Below, piece by piece: positions 18,048 through 26,527 of a stretch of DNA of 64,000 nucleotides. A program made the position numbers and the translations under genes. Source of the DNA: a bacterium UBP11_UBA4055 (GTDB taxonomy: Bacteria > UBA4055); NCBI GenBank assembly GCA_002382735.1, contig DFZN01000071.1:55542-119541 (forward strand). Direction: 5' to 3'. The notes beneath the pieces were generated by a model that did not search any database, was not told where the DNA came from, and saw nothing but the letters and a program-made list of their open reading frames with translations. The number at the start of each line of letters is the position of its first letter. Position 1 is the stretch's first letter.

Positions 18048-20570
18048 TTAATTGCCGAACGGGTCTATCAGTCCTGCCTCGGACATTTTTCCCGTCCTGA
18101 TCTTTTTTATGGGATATTTATAATAATCCATTTCTGCTATTTTAAAAACATGTTCGAATATCTCTGACATCTTCACGGAAGCCCCGTCAATGAAATTTAT
18201 GCCCGCGATAATATTATCTCCGTCGAATTGGAGCTTCTGCACGAAAGGAATTATATCGAACTCTTTTACTTTTCCCTTGTTCTCGCGGCTGATGACGAGT
18301 TTCTTTTTTGACCTGAACTTCAAGATGCATTCGGTGAAGTATTCTGCCGAGTCGTCCGGGATGATGATGAGGTATTCTGTGTAATCAATAAAATTCATAA
18401 GCGGAGTGAACTTTCCGGCCAGCTTTTTGACCTCGACGAACTCCATTATGTTCGAGAAAACTTTTCTCATGTCGGCCTCGATATCACCAATGTAATCATC
18501 CTTGAAGCCGATGTCGGCGAACTCGCAGTCGGATGTAAAACCGAAGGGCAGGGGGTGGGAGAAGCTTAAGACGGGCATCGGGTGAAAGCCTTTTGAAAAT
18601 GCGACAGGAATGTCGTGGATGAAGAATTCCCTTTCGATATATGCGCTTAAGTTCCTCTGGGAAAGAAACCTTGACTGCCTGAGCCTTCGGAACTTGACCC
18701 TGTACCTCATATCCGCCTTTGGCACTGGAGCCGCTTTGTGGCCGAGCACTTCCGAATGTTCCCTGACGATCTCCTTAATGCCCGGAGCCTTCACTTTTTC
18801 AGCAAGAAGCTCTCTGCATTTGTATTCCTTCTCAATCCCGCATTTTGCGCACTGTTTCAGGCAGTACTTCGTGAGGGACTCGTTCCGAGCTTTCTCCCAT
18901 TCAGATTCAAGGAATTTTCTGCTCACGCCTATATCGATAAAATCCCAGGGAAGCGGTTCGTTCAATCTCTTTTCCGAAAGATAATCATCCGGATTTATGC
19001 CTGTCTTTTTGAAAACTTTATTCCACAGCGAAAAGTCGAAAGTTTCCGTCCATGCATCAAAGAGAGCACCCTGTTTATATGCTTCCTCAATCGCTTTGGA
19101 GAGTTTTCTGTCTCCTCTCGAGAAAACAGCTTCGAGTATAGAGACTTCAGGATCGCGCCATGTCATGTGCACATTCGGTGTTCTTATTCGTGAGAGTAGA
19201 ATACCTATCCTGCCCTTGAAAACGCTCAGAGGAACCTGCTCAGCCCACTGGAAAGGCGTATGCGGTTTGGGGTTGAAAGGGGAGATCGAGACATTTATTT
19301 TGACCCTGCCGTAGGAGCTGCTGTACCGGCCGATCTCGTTTATCATTTCCGCCATCTCGATGATGTCCTCATCGGTCTCGAAAGGAAGTCCGATCATATA
19401 ATAAAGTTTTATGCTTTTCCATCCGAGCCTGAGCACTTTTTCCATCACATCGAGTATGGATGACAGTTCGATCGGCTTGTTGATGATCATCCTCATCCTT
19501 TCAGAGCCTGCCTCGGGCGCGAAAGTGAAGGAACTTTTCCTGCCGATCGAGGCTATTACCGCGATATTGTCGGTAAATGATTCCGCCCGCATTGATGGAA
19601 AGGACAGTTTCACCCCCTTCATCGAGCATTTTTCGTAAAGCACTTCGAGAAGAGGCTCGATGTTGGTGTAGTCCGAGGTCGAGAGGGAAAGAAGCGTCAG
19701 CTCTTTCCAGCCCGAGCGGGCGATCATCGAGGACGCCTGCCTGACAATGTCAGTGACGGGGCGCTCCCTTAAGGGGCGGTAATAATAGCCCGCCTGACAG
19801 AACCGGCATCCGCGGTCGCAGCCGCGCATGACCTCCACGGAGACCCTGTCCTGCGTGATCTCCATCAGCGGGACTACGGGCGCATCTGTGTAGTTATCAG
19901 CCTTAAGCATCGCCACGGCTTTTTTTATCCTTGTGCCGCCCGTCAGAAGAGCGGGGACATAAATGCTTTCAAGCGCGGAAAGTTCTTTCAAAAGTCCCGC
20001 TCTGTCATTTTGTCCCGCTGCTTTTTCGGCATATAGCTTCAAAAGCTCAGGCAGGCGTTCCTCTCCGTCCCCGATAAGGAACAGGTCGAAGAAGTCCGCG
20101 ACGGGCTCCGGGTTTATCGCATTGATCCCTCCGCCGAGTACAAGGGGTTTCTTTCCCTTCCTGTCTTTCGAGTAGAGCGGTATGTCCGAAAGCGAGAGTA
20201 TCTCAAGTATGTTCGTAAAACACAGCTCGTAGGGGAGAGTTATGCCCACAAGATCAAATTCCGACAGCGAAGTTCTGGTCTCCAGACTGAAAAGCGGAAT
20301 ATTCTTCTGCCTGAGAAGATCACAGGCATCCTTTTCAGGGATAAAGGCTCTCTCGCAAACAATATCGTCATAACTGTTGAGCACATGGTAGAGGATGTGG
20401 AAGCCTTTGTAGGACATTCCGATCTCGTATTTGTCCGGATAGAGAAGTACTATGCTCGTTCTTCCGGCGTGTTTTTTTACAACGGTGTTTTTTTCGGCAC
20501 CTGAATAACGCAAAGGCTTATTTACGAACGGCAGAAATTCCGTTTCTATTTTATCGAATAATGCAGTCAT
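18048..20570 (-). CDS. B12-binding-domain radical SAM protein (TIGR03960-like) fused to a DUF2344 (TIGR03936-like) C-terminal domain
   Basis: The CxxxCxxC cluster is MRGCDRGCRFCQAGYYY. The N-terminus (FLPFVNKPLRYSG) is typical of the family. Total length is 840 aa. Confidence 0.8.
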   Translation of the reverse strand: MTALFDKIETEFLPFVNKPLRYSGAEKNTVVKKHAGRTSIVLLYPDKYEIGMSYKGFHILYHVLNSYDDIVCERAFIPEKDACDLLRQKNIPLFSLETRTSLSEFDLVGITLPYELCFTNILEILSLSDIPLYSKDRKGKKPLVLGGGINAINPEPVADFFDLFLIGDGEERLPELLKLYAEKAAGQNDRAGLLKELSALESIYVPALLTGGTRIKKAVAMLKADNYTDAPVVPLMEITQDRVSVEVMRGCDRGCRFCQAGYYYRPLRERPVTDIVRQASSMIARSGWKELTLLSLSTSDYTNIEPLLEVLYEKCSMKGVKLSFPSMRAESFTDNIAVIASIGRKSSFTFAPEAGSERMRMIINKPIELSSILDVMEKVLRLGWKSIKLYYMIGLPFETDEDIIEMAEMINEIGRYSSSYGRVKINVSISPFNPKPHTPFQWAEQVPLSVFKGRIGILLSRIRTPNVHMTWRDPEVSILEAVFSRGDRKLSKAIEEAYKQGALFDAWTETFDFSLWNKVFKKTGINPDDYLSEKRLNEPLPWDFIDIGVSRKFLESEWEKARNESLTKYCLKQCAKCGIEKEYKCRELLAEKVKAPGIKEIVREHSEVLGHKAAPVPKADMRYRVKFRRLRQSRFLSQRNLSAYIEREFFIHDIPVAFSKGFHPMPVLSFSHPLPFGFTSDCEFADIGFKDDYIGDIEADMRKVFSNIMEFVEVKKLAGKFTPLMNFIDYTEYLIIIPDDSAEYFTECILKFRSKKKLVISRENKGKVKEFDIIPFVQKLQFDGDNIIAGINFIDGASVKMSEIFEHVFKIAEMDYYKYPIKKIRTGKMSEAGLIDPFGN

Positions 20571-20578
20571 AGTATTAT

Positions 20579-21232
20579 CTAAATTTCGCCCCTGAGAATT
20601 TTTACAGCCTTTTCTCTGTCGGGATGTTTGAAGAAATAATTACCCGAAACAAGGCAGTTCACGCCTCTTTTTGTCAGCATTCCGCAGGTTTCGGCATTAA
20701 CGCCCCCGTCCACCTGTATAATAAAATCATCTTTCAGTCGGTCTTTGTATCTCTGATTGAAAAGATCAATTTTCTTAAGTACCGAAGGAATGAACTTCTG
20801 GCCTGAAAAGCCGGGATTTACCGTCATGAACAGGATCATATCCAATTCATCGATCACATAATCAATAAAATCAATTTCGGTCGCGGGATTAACGGCAACC
20901 GCGGATTTTGCTCCGAGAGACCTTATAAGCTGAAGCTGCCTGTGGAGGTGTGGACAGGTCTCGGCATGGACAGAAATTATATCGGCGCCGGCATTAATGA
21001 AGTTCTCAATATATCTTTCGGGGTTCTCTATCATAAGATGCACATCGAGTACGAGGTCAGACGCTTTTCTGCAGAATTCCACAACGAACGGGCCGAAAGT
21101 GATGTTGGGAACGAAATGACCGTCCATTATATCGAGATGAAGCCAGTCGGCACCGGAATCTTTCACGCTCTTAATTTCGGTTTTAAGTTCCAGAAAATCC
21201 GCTGAGAGAAGTGACGGCGCTATGTGTATCAT
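20579..21232 (-). CDS. rpe: ribulose-phosphate 3-epimerase
   Basis: MIHIAPSLLSADF…LHLDIMDGHFVPNITFGP…DVHLM…GADIISVH…VNPGFSGQKF…QVDGG are all conserved RPE blocks. Confidence 0.92.
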   Translation of the reverse strand: MIHIAPSLLSADFLELKTEIKSVKDSGADWLHLDIMDGHFVPNITFGPFVVEFCRKASDLVLDVHLMIENPERYIENFINAGADIISVHAETCPHLHRQLQLIRSLGAKSAVAVNPATEIDFIDYVIDELDMILFMTVNPGFSGQKFIPSVLKKIDLFNQRYKDRLKDDFIIQVDGGVNAETCGMLTKRGVNCLVSGNYFFKHPDREKAVKILRGEI

Positions 21233-21252
21233 CTGAATTCTCCTTAAATTTG

Positions 21253-24200
21253 TTAAAAATTCGTTCCGAGGCTGAAAATATGTATAGGTGACGAAGTTGC
21301 GGAATTAAAGTCCCATGTCCATGAAACATCGTACCTTAATATGAAATAGCCGGCGTTCATTCTTGTACCGATCCCGGAAGAGAAAAGAATGTCTTTCAGT
21401 CTTCTGTCGCCGTCTTCAGTCTTGACCGTACCTCTGAAGTCAGAATTGTTCCATGCGCTCCCTGCGTCGGTAAACAGGACGCCGTCGATCTTTCCCAGAA
21501 CCATCGGGAACGGAAAACCGAGAACCATGTATTTCACGAAAGGATACCTGAATTCGGCGTTGACCAGAGCATACCTGTTGCCCGATCTCTCCAGAAGCCT
21601 GTAACCCCTCAAGGGATAAACTCTTGAAGAGTAATACTTGTCAATAAAAGTATCATAGTTGTAATCGTCATTATATTTGTAGTTCAGCCAGTTCGAAAAG
21701 CCCCCGAGATAAAAATTCTGCGGAGTGCTGCCTTCGCTGACTGCTCCTGACAGTCTCAGCGCGATCTGATATTCTCCTTTAAGCCTGAAATATTTCCTGT
21801 AGTCCAGAGCGAAAGTGGAAAAATAACCCGTGCTCTCTTCTTTTAGCGTCAGATCGTCCGTTTCCGAACCGTAAACAGCGTCAACCCTCATCCTCGTTCC
21901 GTTCTCAGGCCCGTAATATCCCCAGATAACATTATCGTACGAAAAACCTCCGCCTGCAGTCATGAAGGTATTGGTGTGATCATGCTGATAATCTTCAGCC
22001 GAATCCAGCCACTTTTCATTTATTATACTTGTAATATCAACAGATGAGTCCACTCTTGAAAATCTGCTGAATGGGTATTGCGCGGATAAATGCATACATA
22101 GAAGCCTGTCCCTGTACCAGTCATCAACCTCTGTCTCACTTTCGTCCCAGATGTAATAATAGACGACTTCGTGACTGATGCCCATGCCTATGTTCATTCT
22201 TTTCTTCAGGTAGTAGTAATATAAACCGAGATTAGAGTTCAGAATGTCCTGATTGAGATCGGTGGCCAGAATAAAACGGTGATCGGAAAGATAATCGGAG
22301 AATTGAAGATAAGTCGAACCCACGACTCCGTAACCGGTAGCATACCCGGCATTGACCGTTATAATATCAGGGGTAAAGTGGATCGCATAGGATTTAGGCT
22401 TTCTCAGCTCTATCCTCTGTTCCTCGGTGATGACTTCTTCCGGCTTCTCTTCCAAAAGGTCTTTTCTGAACTTGAATTTCCTCAGATCGGTCTTTGAGAA
22501 TTCGAAAGTGGAGTCTTTTTCCACAGAGACTTTTGAGAAATCGGTCTCTTCATACCATCTGACCTCAAGAGGGTCTTTTTTATTTTCGATCAGCTTTTCC
22601 GCATCATTTATCATGAATATATCATATCCGGCTTTAAATACAGCCGTAAAAGCAATTTTGTTGTCGCTGTATGAAGCCTGTGAACAGCCTGTCATCAGAT
22701 TGGTGAGACCGGATGATCGTCCTGATGAGAGGTCTTTATAGTATATATTCGAAATTCCTGACTCGTCTGAAATATATCCTAATCTGCTGTCATCTATCCA
22801 GAACGGAGAGAATTCCCTGAAACCTCCCGGATCTGTGACCGGAGTGATCGTGTCTGAAGCTATATCAAGTACGAAAATATCTTTGACATTCAAATTCCTG
22901 TCCATGATGCCTGAGAGCAATTTCTTGTCGATCGTGAGGTCATCAAGCCTGTCAGATGAAAAGGCTATTTTTGTACCGTCGGGCGAGAACCTGGGTTCGT
23001 TGTCTGAATAGATGTCGTCGGTGAGCTTCTTAAGTTCTCCTGTTTCTATCGTATAAAGGTAAATGTCAGAGAACCCGTCTTTCAGACCGGTAAAACAAAT
23101 ATGCTCGCCGTCCTTAGACCATTCGGGATAATACAGTCCGTCCAGCCCGAATTTCACTCTCTTCAGCCTTTTACCTGTTTCAGCTTCATAGATGAAAAGG
23201 GCGTCCTCGTCAGTGCTTTTTGTGAAAAACGCTATGTTCCTGCTGTCCGGCGACCATGCAAAACCGGGTCTGAGCCAGTGAAATTCCTCAAAATCTCCCG
23301 AGGACTGGCCTGAGATAATCTTCTTTATTATCTTGCCGTCGAATGTTCTCATCAGATAAATGTCAAAGTAATCAGACTTATTGCTCAGGAACACGATCTT
23401 TTTTCCGTCGGGGCTTATGACCGGTGAATTATTTATCGAATTCCCGTATTCTTCATGATCTGTCAGTATCACCGCTGCTGATTTAGGTTCATCTGTTGCT
23501 ATCAGCGTGTCCCAGAATTTTGTCTTGAGCCATTTATCCCAGTTCTGTGAAAGGTCCTTGAAGTTCGTGCCCAGCGCATCGAGAAAGGCATCTTCGGTAG
23601 ATCTGATTATGTTTATCGACCTCAGGATCTCTCCGATCTTCTTGCTTCCGTAAGTGTCCGCTATGTATTTAAAAAGGGACTGCCCGCCTTTATAGGCCAT
23701 ATAATTATTGAGATAGTATAAATTCCCGATATAATTATGGTAAACTGCGTCCCTTACTGTCTGATCGGATTCGCTGTCCCACCCGCCCCGGCTTTCATAC
23801 TCTGCGATCCCCTCTATGAACCAGAGCGGCATGTTCATATTAGCGAGACCCGAAACTATCGACTGGTAATTACCCTGAAAAAGCATCTGGTTCATTATCG
23901 CATGAGTGAGCTCATGGTGGATCACATGCCTGAAATCCTCCCAGTTACCCTCGTAAGGCACAACGACCCTGTTCTTGAAGAATTCGGTAAAGCCGCCGAC
24001 CGATTCTTCCGGAATCCCTCCCATTATATTTGTTTCCTCGAAATGGTTGTGGGAGTTGTAAACTATTACATGGATCTTGGATCTGGGAATATACATCATA
24101 TCTTTTCTCAGCCGTTCCAGTGACCTTTCAGCCATTTCGGCAGTGAAATCGGCAAGATGATCGCCACCCTGATAATAATAGATCCTGAAGTGGTCCGTCT

Positions 24201-24303
24201 CAATAAATTTCCAGTCAAAATCATGATGCTGAACTTTATTCTTTCCGAAAGGGAATAGTGCCGAAGCGATCAAGAGTATGTAAAATATGCGGAAAAATCT
24301 CAT
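21253..24303 (-). CDS. multidomain outer-membrane protein with an N-terminal peptidase-MA-like zinc-metallopeptidase domain (HEXXH), a central TolB/PD40-type beta-propeller and a C-terminal Omp85/BamA-like (bacterial surface antigen) beta-barrel
   Basis: It has a signal peptide and a VIHHELTHAIM zincin motif. PD40 repeats include SPDGKKIVFLS…DIYLM, SPDSRNIAFF…FIYEAETG, SKDGEHICFTG…DIYLYTIETGE and SPDGTKIAFSSDR. The C-terminus has a RGY…NAEFRYP…GVLFTDAGSAW…RYDVSW pattern and a terminal …SLGTNF (aromatic C-terminus). Confidence 0.7.
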   Translation of the reverse strand: MRFFRIFYILLIASALFPFGKNKVQHHDFDWKFIETDHFRIYYYQGGDHLADFTAEMAERSLERLRKDMMYIPRSKIHVIVYNSHNHFEETNIMGGIPEESVGGFTEFFKNRVVVPYEGNWEDFRHVIHHELTHAIMNQMLFQGNYQSIVSGLANMNMPLWFIEGIAEYESRGGWDSESDQTVRDAVYHNYIGNLYYLNNYMAYKGGQSLFKYIADTYGSKKIGEILRSINIIRSTEDAFLDALGTNFKDLSQNWDKWLKTKFWDTLIATDEPKSAAVILTDHEEYGNSINNSPVISPDGKKIVFLSNKSDYFDIYLMRTFDGKIIKKIISGQSSGDFEEFHWLRPGFAWSPDSRNIAFFTKSTDEDALFIYEAETGKRLKRVKFGLDGLYYPEWSKDGEHICFTGLKDGFSDIYLYTIETGELKKLTDDIYSDNEPRFSPDGTKIAFSSDRLDDLTIDKKLLSGIMDRNLNVKDIFVLDIASDTITPVTDPGGFREFSPFWIDDSRLGYISDESGISNIYYKDLSSGRSSGLTNLMTGCSQASYSDNKIAFTAVFKAGYDIFMINDAEKLIENKKDPLEVRWYEETDFSKVSVEKDSTFEFSKTDLRKFKFRKDLLEEKPEEVITEEQRIELRKPKSYAIHFTPDIITVNAGYATGYGVVGSTYLQFSDYLSDHRFILATDLNQDILNSNLGLYYYYLKKRMNIGMGISHEVVYYYIWDESETEVDDWYRDRLLCMHLSAQYPFSRFSRVDSSVDITSIINEKWLDSAEDYQHDHTNTFMTAGGGFSYDNVIWGYYGPENGTRMRVDAVYGSETDDLTLKEESTGYFSTFALDYRKYFRLKGEYQIALRLSGAVSEGSTPQNFYLGGFSNWLNYKYNDDYNYDTFIDKYYSSRVYPLRGYRLLERSGNRYALVNAEFRYPFVKYMVLGFPFPMVLGKIDGVLFTDAGSAWNNSDFRGTVKTEDGDRRLKDILFSSGIGTRMNAGYFILRYDVSWTWDFNSATSSPIHIFSLGTNF

Positions 24304-24443
24304 TTTAGGTTCCGTAATTTACTCAAGTGTGTAATATATGTAATCAAAACACTTTTTGCGACGATAAAAAAGATTAATTATTTTTCTTGAATTTACAGAT
24401 ACATGAGTTATATTAACCTTATAAAATCTGGTACGGAGACATT

Positions 24444-26243
24444 ATGGGAATATATTTTGTCAAAGCCTTTCTGCTACTGTCTGTTATGTTACATTCAATT
24501 CCCGCATTCGGTCTCAAAATTGGAGTTTATGATAATCCGCCCAAGATATTTTTGAACGAGAAAGGCGATGTTGACGGTTTCTGGCATGCAGTTACTGTTG
24601 AAATAGCCAAAAAAGAGAACTGGAAGATCGAATGGGTATGCGGTTCATGGGACGAATGTCTGCACAGACTTGAAACAGGCGAGATTGATATAATGCCGGA
24701 TACGGGAGTGACCCCCGACCGGAAATTGAAATATGTTTTCAATGAAGAAACAGTTTACCTGAGCTGGAACAGGGTTTATTCAAGAATTGATGCCGGCATA
24801 ATTACGGTACTGGATCTTGAGGGTAAAAAAGTTGCCGGTCTCAGGAACAGTTTTGATCTGGAAGGACCCGAAGGTTTGAAAAAACTTTTAACAGATTTTT
24901 CCGTGAATGCGCAGATAATAGAAATGGACAGTTATGAAGATATATTCACGGCACTTGGAAAAAACGAGATATCAGCCGGCCTAGTGGATAAAGATTTCGG
25001 TCTATTTAATGAGCAGAAGCACCCGGTCTTTAAGACCCCGATCATTCTACAGCCCGCAAAGATGCAGTTCGCTATGGAAAAAAATTCGCCATTCTCGAAA
25101 GATATCATCCGGATCATTGATATGAGAATGGCTGAGATGAAAGCAGACAAAAATTCTGTTTACTATAAAGCTTTTGATCACTTTTTCGGAGAAGAGGGCA
25201 GGCGTTTTAGAATACCCGGCTGGCTTTGGATAATTCTGATCGGACTTTGCTCACTGATCGCGGTCGTAGTGCTTTTGAACCGATATTTGAGAAACGAGGT
25301 AAAGAAAAAAACGCTGAGCCTGAAAGAGAGTGAGGAAAGTCTGAGGATCACTCTGGAGTCTATCGGTGACGGAGTTATAGCTGCCGACATGAACGGTCTG
25401 ACCACGATAATGAACAAGACTGCCGAAAGTCTTACCGGATGGAAGTTCTCTGAAGCCATCGGGAAGCCGATAAAAGAAATATTCAGAATAGTTAATTCTG
25501 AAACAAGACAGGAAGTAATAAATCCCGTCGAATTGGTGATAAAGAACGGTGTTATCGTGGGACTGGCTAATCATACTGTACTGATCTCAAGGAACGGTAA
25601 AGAATATCAGATATCCGACTCGGCTGCGCCGATAAAAGATGATAAAGGAGATATACACGGCATGATCCTCGTATTCTCCGATGTTACAGAAAAATATTCA
25701 ATCAGATACAGGGTAGAAGAAAATGAGAGATTTCTTGACTCTCTCATTTCCAATCTGAACGGAATGGTGTACCGTTGCGTCAATGACAAGAAATGGTCGC
25801 TGATATATTCAACTGTCGGATCAAAGGAAATAACAGGTTATATGCCTGAAGAGCTTATCAGGGGAACCTTAAGATACGCTGATATGGTATTTCCGGAGGA
25901 TGTGCCTGTTCTCAAGAACGCAATAGACAGAGCGATCGCATCCAGACAGCATTTTAATGTTGAATACAGGCTCACTGACCGTAACGGTAAGCTGAAATGG
26001 GTGCTGGAAAAGGGCAAAGGCATATATGATGAGAACGGTAATGTCAAATTCATTGAGGGTTTCGTTACTGATATTACTCCGAGTAAGACCTCAGAAATGG
26101 AAATAAGGGAAAAATCAGAAGAACTTGAAAGGACAAACCGGCTTATGGTGGACAGGGAATTAAAGATGATAGAGCTCAAAAAAGAGATCAATGCTCTGTT
26201 AAAAGCCTCAGGAAAAGAACCCAGATATATAACAAACGAATAG
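24444..26243 (+). CDS. membrane sensor made of a periplasmic family-3 solute-binding-protein domain, one TM, two PAS domains and a coiled coil, with no kinase or other output domain
   Basis: It has a signal peptide, an SBP_bac_3-like region to about aa 250, a TM (WLWIILIGLCSLIAVVVLL) and PAS boxes (…ITLESIGDGVIAAD…), and ends in a heptad coiled coil. Confidence 0.7.
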   Translation: MGIYFVKAFLLLSVMLHSIPAFGLKIGVYDNPPKIFLNEKGDVDGFWHAVTVEIAKKENWKIEWVCGSWDECLHRLETGEIDIMPDTGVTPDRKLKYVFNEETVYLSWNRVYSRIDAGIITVLDLEGKKVAGLRNSFDLEGPEGLKKLLTDFSVNAQIIEMDSYEDIFTALGKNEISAGLVDKDFGLFNEQKHPVFKTPIILQPAKMQFAMEKNSPFSKDIIRIIDMRMAEMKADKNSVYYKAFDHFFGEEGRRFRIPGWLWIILIGLCSLIAVVVLLNRYLRNEVKKKTLSLKESEESLRITLESIGDGVIAADMNGLTTIMNKTAESLTGWKFSEAIGKPIKEIFRIVNSETRQEVINPVELVIKNGVIVGLANHTVLISRNGKEYQISDSAAPIKDDKGDIHGMILVFSDVTEKYSIRYRVEENERFLDSLISNLNGMVYRCVNDKKWSLIYSTVGSKEITGYMPEELIRGTLRYADMVFPEDVPVLKNAIDRAIASRQHFNVEYRLTDRNGKLKWVLEKGKGIYDENGNVKFIEGFVTDITPSKTSEMEIREKSEELERTNRLMVDRELKMIELKKEINALLKASGKEPRYITNE

Positions 26244-26251
26244 GATGAAAA

Positions 26252-26527
26252 TTGGTACAGGAAAATGAAATAATAACTTTTTTACTTTTTGCGCTCGTAG
26301 TGATCTTTTATTTTATCAACAGGCAGAAGCTTTCGGGATTCCCTGGAATAAAGTATTTTCTGATCTCGATAGTTTTCCTGTTGATAAGCAGTATTCTGAC
26401 GATAATAGAAGGCTTTTTCTTTGAAGAGATCATCAACACAGCAGAACATATAACACGACTCGTCTCCACAGTAATGCTTTTTGTTTGGGCTTATTCTTTA
26501 AGAGCAAAAAAAGGAAGTGCGAAATGA
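26252..26527 (+). CDS. small 3-TM membrane ORF (TTG start) overlapping the next kinase gene by 4 nt; possibly a detached N-terminal membrane module
   Basis: Hydrophobic helices are FLLFALVVIFYF, YFLISIVFLLISSILTII and LVSTVMLFVWAY. There is no in-frame ATG. It ends ATGA, overlapping the kinase start. Confidence 0.35.
   Translation: MVQENEIITFLLFALVVIFYFINRQKLSGFPGIKYFLISIVFLLISSILTIIEGFFFEEIINTAEHITRLVSTVMLFVWAYSLRAKKGSAK

Noticed and set aside
18190-20175. A series of + strand ORFs (18190-18384, 18610-18984, 18738-19193, 18997-19314, 19260-19463, 19411-19638, 19963-20175) inside the radical-SAM gene
   Set aside because: All are antisense to an 840-aa ORF with clear CxxxCxxC and family motifs. 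They are GC-rich antisense frames lacking stops by chance.
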